Assembly (NCBI GenBank): GCA_951406725.2
Contig: OX597822.1
Span: 28,830,001-28,894,000 of the forward strand
Length of the DNA stretch: 64,000 nt
Direction: 5' to 3'
Origin: Octopus vulgaris
Taxonomy: Eukaryota
Shown here: positions 1 to 13,300 of the stretch, piece by piece
How positions within the stretch are numbered: the stretch's first letter is position 1
Layout: every line of letters starts with the position of its first letter
Position numbers and translations under genes: made by a program
The notes under the pieces: generated by a model
The model's input: only the letters and a program-made list of their open reading frames with translations
Databases searched by the model: none
What the model was told of the DNA's origin: nothing

Positions 1-362
1 CAGCAAACACACAAACACAGAGAGATACAGGGATGGTTCCAAAAGTAGGGTTCAAGGGCAACAGCAGCGACAATGGGAGAGGGAACGGAGATGAGGGGAG
101 AATCATAGTACCACGAAGAAAGATATAATGCACTGGCGCGCACACACATACACGCGCACAGACAAATAAAGACGCCAAGGCATACGCGTATAAGGATACA
201 CATCATAGAAGAACAGTATGGACTAAGCGGAGCAAGAGCACACACGAAGACGGAAGGTGTCGCTGAAGAGGTCAATGGACATTATTTAGGATAAGAACAG
301 TAATAAACGAGTGGAGAACGAATATATAGTGCGCGTGTTTATTTGGCAAAAACATCCCGAAA

Positions 363-382
363 TATACATACATATATATATG

Positions 383-424
<42 letters not shown>

Positions 425-450
425 CATACATACATACATACATACATACA

Positions 451-482
<32 letters not shown>

Positions 483-484
483 CA
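363..484. repeat. Compound (TA)n/(TACA)n microsatellite
   Basis: Directly visible; source of the low-complexity ORFs at 272-644. Confidence 0.95.
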
Positions 485-1250
485 GGGGCCTCGTTTGCCT
501 AAAAATGTGAGGGGGACAAACCAAATTTGTTGGTTCTTAAAGGAACATGTTAGTGTTGCTTATGTTGCCTTTCCCAGACCCTATCACAAGAGTAAAATTT
601 TACGTCAATTAAATTTTATATTTTCAAATGGAGTTCAGTTATAAAAAAAAATAAACTTAAAAAGGGTTTATTATATCAAATAACAAAAACTAAAACAGGC
701 ATTTAAATAAAAAATTTTGAAGTAAATTTATTGTCTTTTAGAATATACCAAATGTATTATATCTTGCATCATTGCTGTCAATAGATAATTTATCAACTTC
801 TTCACAACTAATTAGAATATGATTTTCAACCTTTGCTGTGTCATGGTTGATCGCAGCCAAGTTTTGAGTCTCCGCAGAACGCTAAAATATTTTTCGGCTT
901 CACAAGAACTGGTTGGAAACACTAAAAGTAGCTCGAGAAATTGCTCAACATTTGGAAACATGCGACCGACTCCTGATAGTATTTCACCGAATATTCTACG
1001 ATGATCCTCGAGTGATGATCCACTATGATGATTTCTATAAAAAAAAAAAGTCATTTCAAAATAATCATTCACGTGACGAACACAAATGACCTCCTGCTCC
1101 TTACCCTGAATATCTTATGTACCATCAATAATTATTCCAAACTGCTTAAATTCTTTGTTAATTTTCTTTATTATGCCTTTCAAAACCATATGACTCATTG
1201 TTTTTAAAATATCATTTTGGATTGCAGCACTGGTGTAGCTGTGTTTTTGT
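483..1250 (-). mobile_element. hAT-superfamily DNA transposon remnant (C-terminal dimerisation domain)
   Basis: ORF 812-1072 contains FPNVEQFLELLLVFPTSSCEAEKYFSVLRRLKTWLRSTMTQQRL, the hATC motif of ZMYM1/Tip100-like transposases. A CAGGGG terminus-like start lies at 483. Confidence 0.8.
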
Positions 1251-3300
1251 TCACTGTAGTTTGGATATCGTTCAAAGTGGTATTTGCTTTACCTTGAGTT
1301 AGGCTTAACGATAACAAGTTACCTCACACGATTTCCAACGAATCATCCACATCCGACTTCGATTGGAAAATGCTCCGCTTTCCAGCATGCGTTTTCATAT
1401 TCCTCCAGAAGGTTTACATAACAGTCAATCTTTCGAGCCTGAGCGGCGTCCATCTTATATTCGTGAGAAACTGTAAACTTGACTAGATTCACCACTTTAT
1501 TTCTTTCACACCACATTATAATATCCGGTTTTTTCGTAACTGGGATAGGAAAGAATCCTTGGCACCCTGGTAAATCTGTAGCCACCTCCCAATAGCTGTT
1601 CCACTTTTCATCGCTCACAGTAAGTTACTTCTTCTTGAAACGGATCTGCTGACTTGAGCGCACAAAAGTAATGAAATCTCTGGTTGATTCTTTCAATAAT
1701 TTTTTTCTTTCCACTGCTGATAAGAGCAATTTGGTTCCAATTTGGTTCTTTATAGCATTGAAGATAACCTTAAGGACCAGGTTGTGTCTCCATGTATATC
1801 AGTTCAATGCCAGGGAACAGTTGGAAAGAATATGTTTCAGTGTTACGACTTCTCCGCATTTGCATATTTCATTTTCTGAGACGTTCCATCTTACTAGATT
1901 TGGAGGCGATGGCAAGATATCATAGGATGAACGAATCAGAAAACTTAGCCATATCTCATTCTAACTTATTTTTTTCTCAACGACATGTTCCTCCCATTTC
2001 TTCAGCTGTCGTTGAGCGCACTGAATCAAACGAAGCTCTCTTCTCTCTGTTTCCCTTGTTTTGACGCTGTTGCTAACAACAGATCTACGTTCGCTCCGTA
2101 TCATACTTGCAAACGGTCTGAACTGATCTGTACCAAATCCAAGTCCTTTCGATAAATTTGTGTTGCACCCACCATATCTCGGTGAAGACAGAATGTCATC
2201 AGTCTCTGCTTTCCACTTCCTGGTTGTTTTACATCTGGTGGATTACGCCTGATTTCTTTATCCTTCGACTCTCTCAGCATAAACATTGTTCGTACCCTAG
2301 TTTATAAATTTCGACTATTGACGTCAGTAGTATCTGCAACGAGCCCTTTTACGATAGAGAACTGAACTGTTCAATATCCGAGGTAGGCCTAGCCACTTTC
2401 TAATGAACAATACACTTTTCTTTAATGATTTGAACTCATGACAGTGCCACCTCGTACATTAAAAATGGCCACGAAAGGCGCAGTTACAAGCCGAGCCGTA
2501 AGCACCATATTTTATATTTACCTGGTAGCTTTGAATAATCAACTGCTATTAATCTATCTTCGGCTTGTTTCATAATTTTCCTCCCACGATTCCAATCTGG
2601 CAATGTTCCAGCGTATACACGCCCCAAGCTCTTAACAGTTTCTTCCTTGACAGTTGGAATGCTATCTTCAGCTATTTTAAATTTAACTTCTTTTTACACT
2701 CCTTTAATAAATGTCAGACTACGCGACTATTTTACTCTAAGTCGCATCCTTGATCACTTCATAAGCTCGTCTAGCCTCAAGAGGGCACTCTGTATGATTT
2801 GCTTGTCTGTCGATAGAAGTAACACATCATCCATGAAGGCCTTCTTAGGTGATTGTACATGGGCGATTTGTTCTGAAAAGCCCACTGCTTTGAAAATCAT
2901 AATAAACTACGTGACAGATATTGTGCAGCCAGCAGCAATGCTAATCTCCAATCGGTGCCAATCTGTTGTAAAATTTCCAACTCTAAACCTCATCTCGAAA
3001 CTATCATAATACATCCTCGTTAATCTTGTTACTTTCTCTGGGATGTAGAAGTGGTCCTTGGCTCCCAACAGTAATTCGTGTGGCAGAGCCATATGCATTA
3101 GCGAGATCAAGCCATACCACGTTAAGACTTGTCTTGTTCTATTTGGCATCCTGGACCACTTCCAAATCGAAAAAACAACGCTCAATGCACCATGGGATTT
3201 CCAGGGATCCCAGGGATTCGAACCTTTTGAACAGATTCATCAGTATATCTATTACTCTGTAGATATGTCACTGTCCTCCTCTACAGAATTCCCATAAAGA
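1250..3300 (-). mobile_element. Degenerate Hero-like non-LTR retrotransposon (RT plus restriction-like endonuclease)
   Basis: Minus strand has RT motifs WLDLANAYGS (about 3120, frameshifted) and KAFMDDV (about 2830), and the RLE signature KPDIIMW...FTVSHE...A.ARK...Y..L...FPIEVGC at 1343-1618. Many frameshifts. Confidence 0.75.
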
Positions 3301-3329
3301 TCTTGCCTTCCACATTCAATAAGGATATC

Positions 3330-3750
3330 GGCCTAAACTGTTTTATAGTCTTTGCAATGGCTTCCTTCGGCAGGTATATGCACTAACGTAGCTAGAGTGT
3401 GTGTCATCCGCGGTGGCCTTTCCGTTTGCTGCCCTCGTACCCCACAAAAACACACACTGCCTACGGCAGACCCAAACTGCCGCCCCTTTAAAAGTGCTGC
3501 CAGGGCGGGCCACTCCTACCACTCCTTCCCCCTCCCCCAGCTACACTAGTGGGTATATGCCTTCTGCTTTATACCAATCTTCTACTAGAGTTTCCAGTGG
3601 CTAGCCTTTTCCACCGTAGTTTGGATATTGTTCATGGTAGTATTTGCTTGACTTCGAGTTAGGCCTAACGATAACAAGTTACCTCACACTGTATCCAACG
3701 AATCCTCTACATCCGACTTCAATTGGAAAATGATCCGCTTTCTTTCTTCC
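3330..3750 (-). mobile_element. Second 3'-terminal fragment of the same Hero-like family
   Basis: 3610-3745 aligns by eye to 1251-1385 and continues through TVEKASHW into a putative 3' UTR. Confidence 0.65.
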
Positions 3751-4205
3751 ACATCACACTGTGTACTGGGATCAATGAAATTGACTGGACCCCCAGCACC
3801 ACCACCACCCCAAACAAAATTTCAGGCCTTGTGCCTCTAGTAGAAAGGATTATAACTGGTGAAAATCATCACCCACCATCACTTTTGACTCACTGTGCTC
3901 GCCTCCAGGGCATAATGGCCTTTTTATGTCCTTGGGTTTGATCGCCCTATTCTACACACACAAACACACACACACACACACATACACACACATATATATA
4001 CAATTTAAGTTTTTTGTTTTTGGACTACGTCCATGCTGGAGTATCGCATTGGTAAATTACGGGTCGTCAACAAACCAGCAAGCGTTGGTCGGTGGGCAAA
4101 TTTCTTACCACACATCTACATTGCGCATGTGTATGTGTCTGTCTGTGTGTGTGTGCGCGCGCGCGCGCGCGTGTGTGTGTGTGTGCTATATATATATATA
4201 TATAT

Positions 4206-5451
4206 TAGGTCGTCAAGTATGAAATTTGTAGAAAAGAAAAATGTTTGCTAATGTTTTATAAATACAAGGAATAGTGTTATTCATCAAAGTATGCACCCAT
4301 ATTGTCAATACACTTTTGTCATTTCAGCAGTAGCTTGTCCAGCCCGGAACCGTAAAAGCCTGGCAATCTAGAGTCAATAAAATCTTGGAAGGCCTGTTTT
4401 ACAGCATCATCGGAATTTAAAATTTTTTCCTATCAAAAGGTTATCCAAATTCTGGAAGAAGTGGTAGTCAGTGGTGGCAAGATCAGGTGAGTATGGTGGA
4501 TGATGGAGAACTTCCGACTCCAACTCCTGTAGTTTTGCCAATGTCATTTTTGTGATCTGTGGTCTGGCGTTGTCTTACAATAAAATAGGAGCGGATCTCT
4601 TGACTAATCTAGGCAGTTTTTTTTTTAAGTTTCTGCATCATTTGGTTCAGTTGGCTGCTCTATACTTCGGTCGTGATTGATAAGCCAGGTTTAATGAAAT
4701 CATAATGGATCACATTTGCGCCAGACTACCAAACACACACCATCAAATTTTTGTATGAATTTTGCTTTTTGGACTGTGTTTTGGTGGCTCGTCTTTGTCC
4801 AAACATTGTACTGAACGTTTACGGTTGTTGTATTGGATCCATTTCTCCTCACATGTTACATTTCGACTCAAAAATGATTCATTTTAGTTATGAGAAGGTA
4901 GCATAATGCCGACTTCCAAATGTTGCTGTATTTGATTTTCATTGAGTTCATGTGGAACCCACTTATCCAACTTTTTTTCACTTTACCGATTTGTTTGCCT
5001 GCTAACACCAAACAACAACGATAATTCACGAGCACTTTGAGATAGATCTCACTTGACAGTGGCTTTCGGTTCGTCATTATCCACCTTTGTTTCTGGTCGA
5101 CCGCGTTGCACATTTGTGAGATCAAAGTTACAAGAACGAAATTGTGCAAACCACTTTGATACTGTCTTCTGTGTAATAGCATTAGAATGAAATACTCCAT
5201 TAATATTCCGACCTATCTGTGATGCTGTATTTCAAAACTGTACGAATTTCCAACTTATCCATCCCTAAACAAAAATAGCAAAAAACGGTTTTATAAATAC
5301 CTTATAAAGCGCAAAATGAGTTAGAATATAAAAATAGATGTGTCAGTTTCTAACAAAAAATGAAGATTGTCAAAATATAATAAAAGCGCAAAATGAACTG
5401 TTGTCAAAATTTACCATATACCTTACTACAAATTTCATACTTGACGACCTA
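4206..5451 (-). mobile_element. Full-length, inactivated mariner element
   Basis: Perfect 26-bp TIRs (TAGGTCGTCAAGTATGAAATTTGTAG at 4206-4231, reverse complement at 5426-5451) inside (TA)n. Minus strand has TCEEKW and HPPYSPDLA.TDYHFF motifs with stops. Confidence 0.9.
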
Positions 5452-5504
5452 TATATATATATATACATATTCTTTTATTCTTTTACTTATATATGTATAT
5501 ATAT

Positions 5505-5850
5505 GTATATATCTGAAAATCCCAGTTTAACCAGATTCTCCTTTGAGCATTTACTAACAAAACCTAGTGCTCCAATTATTATTGGTAGGAATATGAATTC
5601 ATAGTCTGGATATAGAAGCTGGAGGTTTCGAAATTGTTGTCCATAGGTCTCCTCTATTTCTTTGATTTTCAAAGAGATATTTATATCTGCAGGGCAGCTG
5701 ACCTCTATGATGGTACATAATACCTTTGCCCCTCTGTCCCAAACAAGAATATCCTGCCTATTATGTTTACATTTGACAGAAGTTTTGATGGGAATATTCC
5801 ACCAGTATTCCTTGAGTTGGTGTTTATGAATGCATTCTATAGAGGAATTA
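5505..5850 (-). mobile_element. R4/NeSL-type non-LTR fragment (RLE domain)
   Basis: ORF 5487-5876 reads HNRQDILVWD...IIEVSCPADINI..K..E...Y...PIIIGALG, a PD-(D/E)xK-type RLE signature. Confidence 0.75.
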
Positions 5851-5869
5851 TGTATGTGTGTATGTATGT

Positions 5870-6280
5870 ATGTCATTATTCACTTTATTTCAAGATTTCT
5901 TGCAAATAGAAAATGAACCGGTTTCTAAATTAGATCCAAGGTTCCTTCATTGGAATTTCATCATCAACAACAGGGTATTTTTGTTTGTATGTATGTATGT
6001 ATGTATGTATGTATGTATGTAGGTAGGTAGGTAGGTAGGTAGGTAGGTAGGTGTGTATGTATGTATGTATGTATACATTTGCAGATTTTTATGTTTTATG
6101 TATGTATTCTCATGCATAGTGTTACATATCTAGACATGCTCATATATACTTAAATGATAAACTTCTGGAAAGTTTTACAGATTTTTACAGTTCCAGTGCT
6201 GGATTGGATCTGTAACCTTCGAATTAGCTTTCTCCTTTCTGGTTTTGAGAAGCCTAATTTCTCAAGATTGGTATTTAGGC
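5870..6280 (-). mobile_element. 3' end of a related R4-like element embedded in (TATG)n
   Basis: Minus strand 6150-6280 encodes NLEKLGFSKPERRKLIRRLQIQSSTGTVKICKTFQKFII*, matching the ENLVKLGFS end of the adjacent fragment. The same terminal UTR recurs at about 30085-30146, also next to TATG repeats. Confidence 0.6.
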
Positions 6281-6354
6281 ATGTATGTATGTATGTATGT
6301 ATGTATGTATGTATGTATGTATGTATGGATATCTACGCAAATATTATCAAATAT

Positions 6355-6935
6355 TCTTTTCTACTCTAGGCGCAAGGCCCGAAATTTTAGGGGTGGGGCC
6401 AGTACGCAACTGGTACTTAATTTATCGACCCCGAAAGGATGAAAGGCAAAGTCGACCTCGGCGGAATTTGAACTCAGAACGTAAAGACAGACAAAATACC
6501 TATTTCTTTACTACCCACAAGGGGCTAAACACAGAGGAGACAAACAAGGACAGACAAACGGATTAAGTCGATTATATCGACCCCAGTGCGTAACTGGTAC
6601 TTAATTAATCGACCCCGAAAGGATGAAAGGCAAAGTCGACCTCGGCGGAATTTGAACACAGAACGTAAAAACAGACGAAATACCGCTAAGCACTTCGCCC
6701 GGCCTGCTAACGCTTCTTATTTCTTTATTACTCACAAGGGGACAAACAAGGACAAATAAAGGGATTAAGTCGATTACATCGACCCCCAGTGCATAACTGG
6801 TACTTATTTAATCGACCCCGAAAGGATGAAAGGCTAAGTCGACCTCGGCGGAATTTGAACTGAGGACATAAAGACACGAAATACCGCTAAGCATTTAACC
6901 TGGCCTGCTAACGTTTCTGCCAGCTCGCAGCCTTC
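6355..6935 (-). mobile_element. Head-to-tail trimer of a tRNA-derived SINE
   Basis: Three copies of the body GAGTTCAAATTCCGCCGAGGTCGACTTTGCCTTTCATCCTTTCGGGGTCGAT (B-box GAGTTCAAATTCC), with an A-box-like GAGCTGGCAGAAACGTTAGC head at about 6905-6930. Confidence 0.85.
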
Positions 6936-6939
6936 ACTA

Positions 6940-8160
6940 TTATCAAATATTGAGACCGGAAAGCTTTAGAAACCATTGCCAACCAAGCAAGAAATGCGAA
7001 AGCCATTGTCCAAAACTCATACTTCAGCGTCAATAAATAAGTTAAGGGCAGCATTTGAGCAATCGTGCGCAAGTACATTGATGACCTGGCAATTAAAGCT
7101 GCTGCTTCGAGAGACAGCGTGTAGGACCTTTTTGATATCACAGGGAAGTGAGTGCTAAATGGTGAAGAAACGGTTCCACTTTTCTCTGTCATTAACAGAG
7201 CAATTATTTCTCGATTATTTGCCACCCAGATAACATGGTTGCTGATAATGACCTGCTGCGGAAGAGTTAGGCAGAATATATTGAAGAACTGCTCAGGAGA
7301 TCAGTACCAGCAAACCCTCCAGACATACCAGTGACTGGAGAGAACTTACCCATAAGCTGTAAAACACCAAACTAGACTGAAATCCGAAAAGCTGTATCTT
7401 ATCTAACTATCAACAGAGCAGACTACATCTACATCTTCGTCAGACTACATCTACGTCAGACTATCTCGAAGAGGAATTCTTCGCCGATAAGAGAGAAGGC
7501 TATCTTTTGTGAATCTCCCAGTGAAAATGTCAGTGAATACCAAAACCATTGTGGAATAATACTGTGGTCAAACCCTGAGAAAGTTTTCAAACAGGGTGTT
7601 CCTATAATGGAAGATTGACAAAAAAGACTTCACAATGAACCCGGAAACTGCCGAGGATGTTTTATTTTTCTTGCTAGAAATTGATTGAGCAATGAACATT
7701 TCAACAGTAGAAACAGACTAGATCAGAATTCAGAGAGCCATATGGAACCGGTTTAACTTAAGGACCTTGATTACGCAAATATCTTTGTATCGCTTCAGTC
7801 TGTATCAGATGTAAGAGAAGGCGAACACTATCGGTAACATTTTTACACAAGTTAGACTGAACGTTCACAGCGGCAAGAAAACTTTTGATACACAATGCTA
7901 CCGCGGAAAAATCAGTACATCATAAGGATGACCTTCTTGAGTAAATTGCCAGCTTTGCATATCTGGGTAGCATCATTGACCATCTAGGTGAAACTGGAGG
8001 TAAAGCTAAGTTTGAAAGAGCGTGAGTCGCATTGCTCTAGTGGAATAATATCTGGAAGTCGAGACCCATCTCCCAAGAACACTAAGATCCGCATCTATTA
8101 TTCAAAGTTATTCCTATTGTATGGAACTGAGACGTGAAGGTATACAAGGGCCTGACTGAT
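6940..8160 (+). mobile_element. Degenerate RTE-clade LINE fragment
   Basis: Frameshifted RT motifs LKDLDYA (about 7760), FAYLGSII (about 7955) and WNNIWKS...TKIRIY...LLYGTET. Confidence 0.7.
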
Positions 8161-8269
8161 ACATATATATTGAGAGTGGGGAAGAGAGAGATTTTAGATT
8201 TATTTAAAATTTTATTTAAAAACATACTTAGAAATAAATTCTATAAATGTATGCGCATAATATCCTATT

Positions 8270-8289
8270 AAATGTTTCTTCTTTTACAG
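8270..8289 (+). other. Putative 3' splice acceptor of the GPCR-1 coding exon
   Basis: Polypyrimidine tract TGTTTCTTCTTTTACAG about 370 nt upstream of the ATG; equivalent acceptors precede the other + strand paralogues. Confidence 0.55.
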
Positions 8290-8659
8290 ATACGTGTAGA
8301 ATTTTCGGATATTCGTGCCACCAACAAGTAGTGAGATAAAGCTAATTTATAATCTTCAACTGTAAGCCTAGAACTTAACCATTAAATTTGATATATTCCT
8401 ACATCCAAAATTGCATTGAAGGCTTTCTGCTTTTTACAACAGAGGTACATTTAAATTTTATGTTCTCGAAACATTTAGCATTACTGCTACAATATAGATT
8501 TTTTAATGATTAGTATATTTATAATTTTTTATGATTAGTATAATATTTAATGCGATTTCAAAAGAACTGCTAAATATAAAATAACGTAAATTAATTTCTA
8601 ATTTTAAAAATTAGGACATTTAGTATCTATTCTTAGATATTCTTATTAAATGATTTGAA

Positions 8660-10654
8660 ATGGAAAGTTTTTTTCAATTCTTAATGGTTTCTCTTATACC
8701 ATTCCAAAATCTTGCATCAGCACAATCATCAGCGAACAACAGCAACGAAGACAGTCCACCATGTTTTCCAGCCTTGTGTTCTAAAACCCCCCAACAAGAA
8801 CGCTGTTCGTGTCGCCCGGACTGCTATCTCTACAATGAATGTTGTTCTGACATGAGTAATAACACCACTTCTGAACACAAACAACCCTATCCATCAACAT
8901 ATTACAGTTGTAGAAATGCTAATAGCTCTTATTATTATCAGTTTGACCGCTGTCCTCCCAACCATGATATTACGGAGTTTGTAAGCAACTGTGAAAATCC
9001 TAACTCAGAGGATCAACTGCAAAACATACCTGCTTTTGGCAAAACAAGTAAAAAATTATATAGGAACTTATATTGTGCTTTGTGTCATGGAGAAGAATTC
9101 ATTTTATGGAATCTCAGGTTTGACTGCCCTGAAAGTGGAAATGTAAACCTTGAAAAGCTATCAGATTTTGTCGAAGATCATAACTGCAGGAAACAGTTAG
9201 AAATTCCCTCGAAGGATTTAGATCAATATCTCTTTTCTTGCAATCCATATATTTCCAGCTGTCCTGAACATAACAATTATACGAAGCTCGAAGTTGCATG
9301 CGAATATGAGCCCATGGCGTTAGTAAAAAGTGACTCAAAATTATTCAGAAACAGTCATTGTGCTGCATGTCATGGACTTAAAGAAATTTATGATTGGTGT
9401 AAAGAGAACAGAGGTACAAATGAAATGAAACAAATGCCTTCATTAAGTATCCTTTTCGATTATCGCACCAATGTGTTTGTAATATATGATAAGAAATCCA
9501 GCAACCGAAATGTTGGGAAATTGCCCTCTTGCCTAAAAAACTCCGTCTTTGATATAAATACACGGCAATGTCGACAAGTTGTCTATAATTCTCCATTAAA
9601 CTGTACGGCAACAAGATTAAGCAAATCTGAGTATTACATCACTAGTGATGGTCTTCTCTACTTAAATAATACCCAACGTTTTCTGAACCAATCAGAATTC
9701 ATTCAAGATTCTGACGGTATAATAAGTATCTGTATAAAGAATGGTGGCAATGGTGTATCAAAATATTCCATTGCTGAGGGCTATATCACTTTAGTAGGAC
9801 TAGTAATCTCTATTCCAGCTCTAGCAGTTACTATTATAGTCTATCTCTGTATACCTGATCTTCGTACCTTACCAGGTAAATTACTCATTAGTCTTTTATC
9901 AGCACTGTTTGCAGCTGAGCTTCTCTTTCTTATTTCATCACAAGTCACTAAATCCACAGTGCTGTGTAAATCTTTAGCTATTATGATGCATTATTTGTTT
10001 CTAGCGACTTTCTTCTGGATGAATGTCATGTCATTTGATGCTTGGTACACTTTCTCAGGATTTAAACAACTTCGGAGTTCAGGAAAAAATACTAAGAGAC
10101 TTGTATTGTATTCTTTGTATGGCTGGATCTGTCCACTTGTAATAGTAACAGTATCACTGATATTTGAGTACACACCTGGAAATCATATTTCTCCGGAATA
10201 TGGAAATGGTATTTGCTGGATTACAAACGGAAATGGTCTGATGTGGCTATTTGCAACCCCTGTATTGCTCCTTTTATGTCTTAATATATTGGCTTTTATC
10301 CTCACCTCTAGAGGGCTATATATGGCCAGGAAACTTTCATCGAAATATTTACGTAAGCGTAATAAATTGGAATTCCTCATTTACATAAAACTCTGCTTCG
10401 TCATGGGACTAACATGGATATTCGCATTCTTCTATGCATTTACAAGAATTGATGAATTTTCTTTATTATTTTGTATTTTAAACTCATTTACTGGACTGTT
10501 TATTTGCCTCTCGTTCCTCTTCACGAAGATCGTCTGCCGTAGACTACTGAAAAAAGTGAATAAGTTTCAAAAACGCTCTCCCACCAAATCTATGGCTTTA
10601 TCTTCAACTTCCTCTAAAACACTAATGACGGACACATTTAGTCAGATTCCTTAA
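8660..10654 (+). CDS. Secretin-class (class B, Methuselah-like) GPCR 1 with Cys-rich ectodomain, 664 aa, intron-free CDS
   Basis: Hydrophobic signal peptide; somatomedin-B-like CSCRPDCYLYNECCSD; two (Y/F)RNxxCAxC repeats; seven hydrophobic segments with class-B motifs HYLFLATFFWMNVMSFD, YSLYGWICP, GICWI and MGLTW. No GPS motif. Confidence 0.92.
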   Translation: MESFFQFLMVSLIPFQNLASAQSSANNSNEDSPPCFPALCSKTPQQERCSCRPDCYLYNECCSDMSNNTTSEHKQPYPSTYYSCRNANSSYYYQFDRCPPNHDITEFVSNCENPNSEDQLQNIPAFGKTSKKLYRNLYCALCHGEEFILWNLRFDCPESGNVNLEKLSDFVEDHNCRKQLEIPSKDLDQYLFSCNPYISSCPEHNNYTKLEVACEYEPMALVKSDSKLFRNSHCAACHGLKEIYDWCKENRGTNEMKQMPSLSILFDYRTNVFVIYDKKSSNRNVGKLPSCLKNSVFDINTRQCRQVVYNSPLNCTATRLSKSEYYITSDGLLYLNNTQRFLNQSEFIQDSDGIISICIKNGGNGVSKYSIAEGYITLVGLVISIPALAVTIIVYLCIPDLRTLPGKLLISLLSALFAAELLFLISSQVTKSTVLCKSLAIMMHYLFLATFFWMNVMSFDAWYTFSGFKQLRSSGKNTKRLVLYSLYGWICPLVIVTVSLIFEYTPGNHISPEYGNGICWITNGNGLMWLFATPVLLLLCLNILAFILTSRGLYMARKLSSKYLRKRNKLEFLIYIKLCFVMGLTWIFAFFYAFTRIDEFSLLFCILNSFTGLFICLSFLFTKIVCRRLLKKVNKFQKRSPTKSMALSSTSSKTLMTDTFSQIP

Positions 10655-10847
10655 GATAGAGCATATATTGTATCTCTCTCTGAAAGAAACTGATTACATA
10701 TTTCAATATCAAGATTCCTAATTTTCTGTTGCCTTTACAAATAATATCATATATGTGTGTTTGTGTGTGTGTGCGTGTCAACATGTATGCATACATACAT
10801 ATCTATGAATGTGTGTATGTACATATATATATTGACACACACATATA

Positions 10848-11915
10848 TCAGGTCGCCCTATAGGTTCTGTCCGATTTTACCTTTTTTAAAATTGAATGAA
10901 ATTTAATAGCATTTTAGAATGTGTAATGGAATTAAAAATTATTTTTATGCATTTGTGTACATTTAAAGTAATTAAATATTATTTTATAGAATAATAGAAT
11001 TAAAATTTCTTTGATTAAAGCCCTTTCTAACTTGAAAGTATCCAAAGAGTATTTGAGGCACGTAATGCTTTATGAGTACAAAAAAGGAAGCTCTACAACC
11101 GAAGCGATTCAAAACATACACTCAGTTTATGGGAAAGAATGCTTGAATGAAAGAACATACAGAAGATGGTTTGCAAATTTCAGAAGTGGAGATTTCAGCC
11201 TTGAAAAGGAAGATCGAACAGGACGTCCAGTTGAGTTTGATGATAAGCTCCTTGAGGCATTACTTGAAGAAAATCCTGCATTATCAGTTGAAGAATTGGC
11301 AATGAAACTTAGTTCAAACCATCGTCAACAACTTGGAAAGGTTCCTAAACTTGGAAAATGGGTGTCTCATGAATTGTCCGAAAGCAAGCGCAAATCCCGA
11401 GTAGACATCTACTCTTCTCTCCATTCTCGCGAACTCATTTCACCCTTTTTGGATAGACTTGTGTCTGGTGACGAAAAATGGATCTTCTGTCGAAATGTTA
11501 AACGTCGTGAACAGTGAATTAGTAAAAGAGAAAAAGCTCAACCACAACTGAGAAGGAAACTTCATGGAAAAAAGGTTCTTCTCTCTATCTAGTGGGATTG
11601 CAAAGGAGTAATTCACTATGAATTGTTACCACCTCATGCAACAATCAATGCTATCATTTGTTTCGTAGTTTACAGAATCATTTGCGGGACATAACTTTCG
11701 CAAGCCAGGAGGGGGTCGAAATTGACATTTCAGAGTTCTTCGCTTTGAAACCAAAAGAGTTTTACATCGATGGGATTAAAAAGCTTGTAAATAGATGGAA
11801 GGAAGTCATAGATAATCGGGGAAAGTACATTGCTGATTAAATTTCAATTAAATATAACATTTTATCACTTGCTTTCTTTATTCAAAATTCGGACAGAACT
11901 TATGGGATGACCTGA
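10848..11915 (+). mobile_element. Mariner element with internal deletion
   Basis: Imperfect TIRs TCAGGTCGCCCTATAGGTTCTGTCCGA / TCGGACAGAACTTATGGGATGACCTGA flanked by TA. ORF 11011-11517 has an HTH region, WVSHEL and GDEKW; FRSLQNHL follows at 11658. Confidence 0.9.
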
Positions 11916-11947
11916 TATCTACTTATCTACTCATGCATATATATGTA

Positions 11948-11966
11948 TATGTGTGTGCGCGCGTGT

Positions 11967-12052
<86 letters not shown>
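11948..12052. repeat. (GT)n microsatellite
   Basis: Directly visible. Confidence 0.95.
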
Positions 12053-12055
<3 letters not shown>

Positions 12056-12630
12056 AGTCGAGGTTTCTTGAATCACTTCACGTTACAATTATTCCGATGA
12101 TTCAAGCAAAAGCGCAACGTAACAATATATGGGCAAAAAAACGCTTGTAAACACACCGAAATGTAAATATTCATTGGGATTTGATTAGCTGGCAAAAATC
12201 ATTACACTCAGTCTTAATATGTACGATATATAATTATATATTTATCTCCTTACAATATCATCAAATGAGAATTTCCGTTTAGATAAATAAAATTATGGCC
12301 TTCTTCAGGGTGTGGAAAATCCTGAGATTTTGTCATATAATGGAAAAATGGTTATTTCAAGTTGCTAATGAATACTTTTGCTTACATATTACCATGTTGT
12401 TTTCCTATGTCAATCGTTGGAATAGTCGGCAATATGAAAGTCATTGTTACAATCCCAAAATGTTTACATTTGCACAAAACATATATACTCTAGGCATTAC
12501 ATACTTTTTGCTTCGTATACATATGAGCGTGTGTGAGTGTAAGTGTATTTAATTATACATAGTATATAAAATATATATGAATGTATATACACATTATATA
12601 TAATTTATATAAATATGTATGTACATACAT

Positions 12631-12666
<36 letters not shown>

Positions 12667-12976
12667 TTGTATGTATCTATACGTGTCTGCGCGTGCGTGT
12701 ATGTGTGCGTGCGTGCGTTCGAGTTAGTGGCTTTATTCATGTTTTCTTCAAAATAAAATATATTTCTAAATGCACGTGTATCTATTTTGTTATTTCTTTT
12801 CCCAATTTTAATTTGCTATGTTTTAAATGTAACCCACTTGTGACTCCTCGCCCTTGAGGAATTCGGTAACAGCAGTATTGTTGCACACATGAATCCCCTA
12901 CAAAAATTGCCTGTCTATGGGCGCCATCCGTCTCCTTATTGAATCATGAGTTCTTATTATTAGATAGAATTATGGA

Positions 12977-13127
<151 letters not shown>

Positions 13128-13300
13128 AGGTCGTCAGCGACCGAACTGGTAACATCACCGAACTTACTTGGTGAGGAATGACATTTCTAACACTCCGTGG
13201 AGTGAAAACAACCTACCAAAGGGTAGACTAACTCAGAGAAATCAACGTTGAATAAGTACTTACTGTGTACATATGCTCGAGTATGCTATATGTATTTGTA

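Noticed and set aside
8660-10654. Calling the receptors true adhesion GPCRs/latrophilins or assigning a gene symbol
   Set aside because: No GPS (C-x-C-x-H-L-T/S) motif before TM1; orthology cannot be established from sequence alone.
11011-11840. Domesticated SETMAR-like gene
   Set aside because: Bounded by TIRs and TA, interrupted by stops and a deletion, and has no SET domain.
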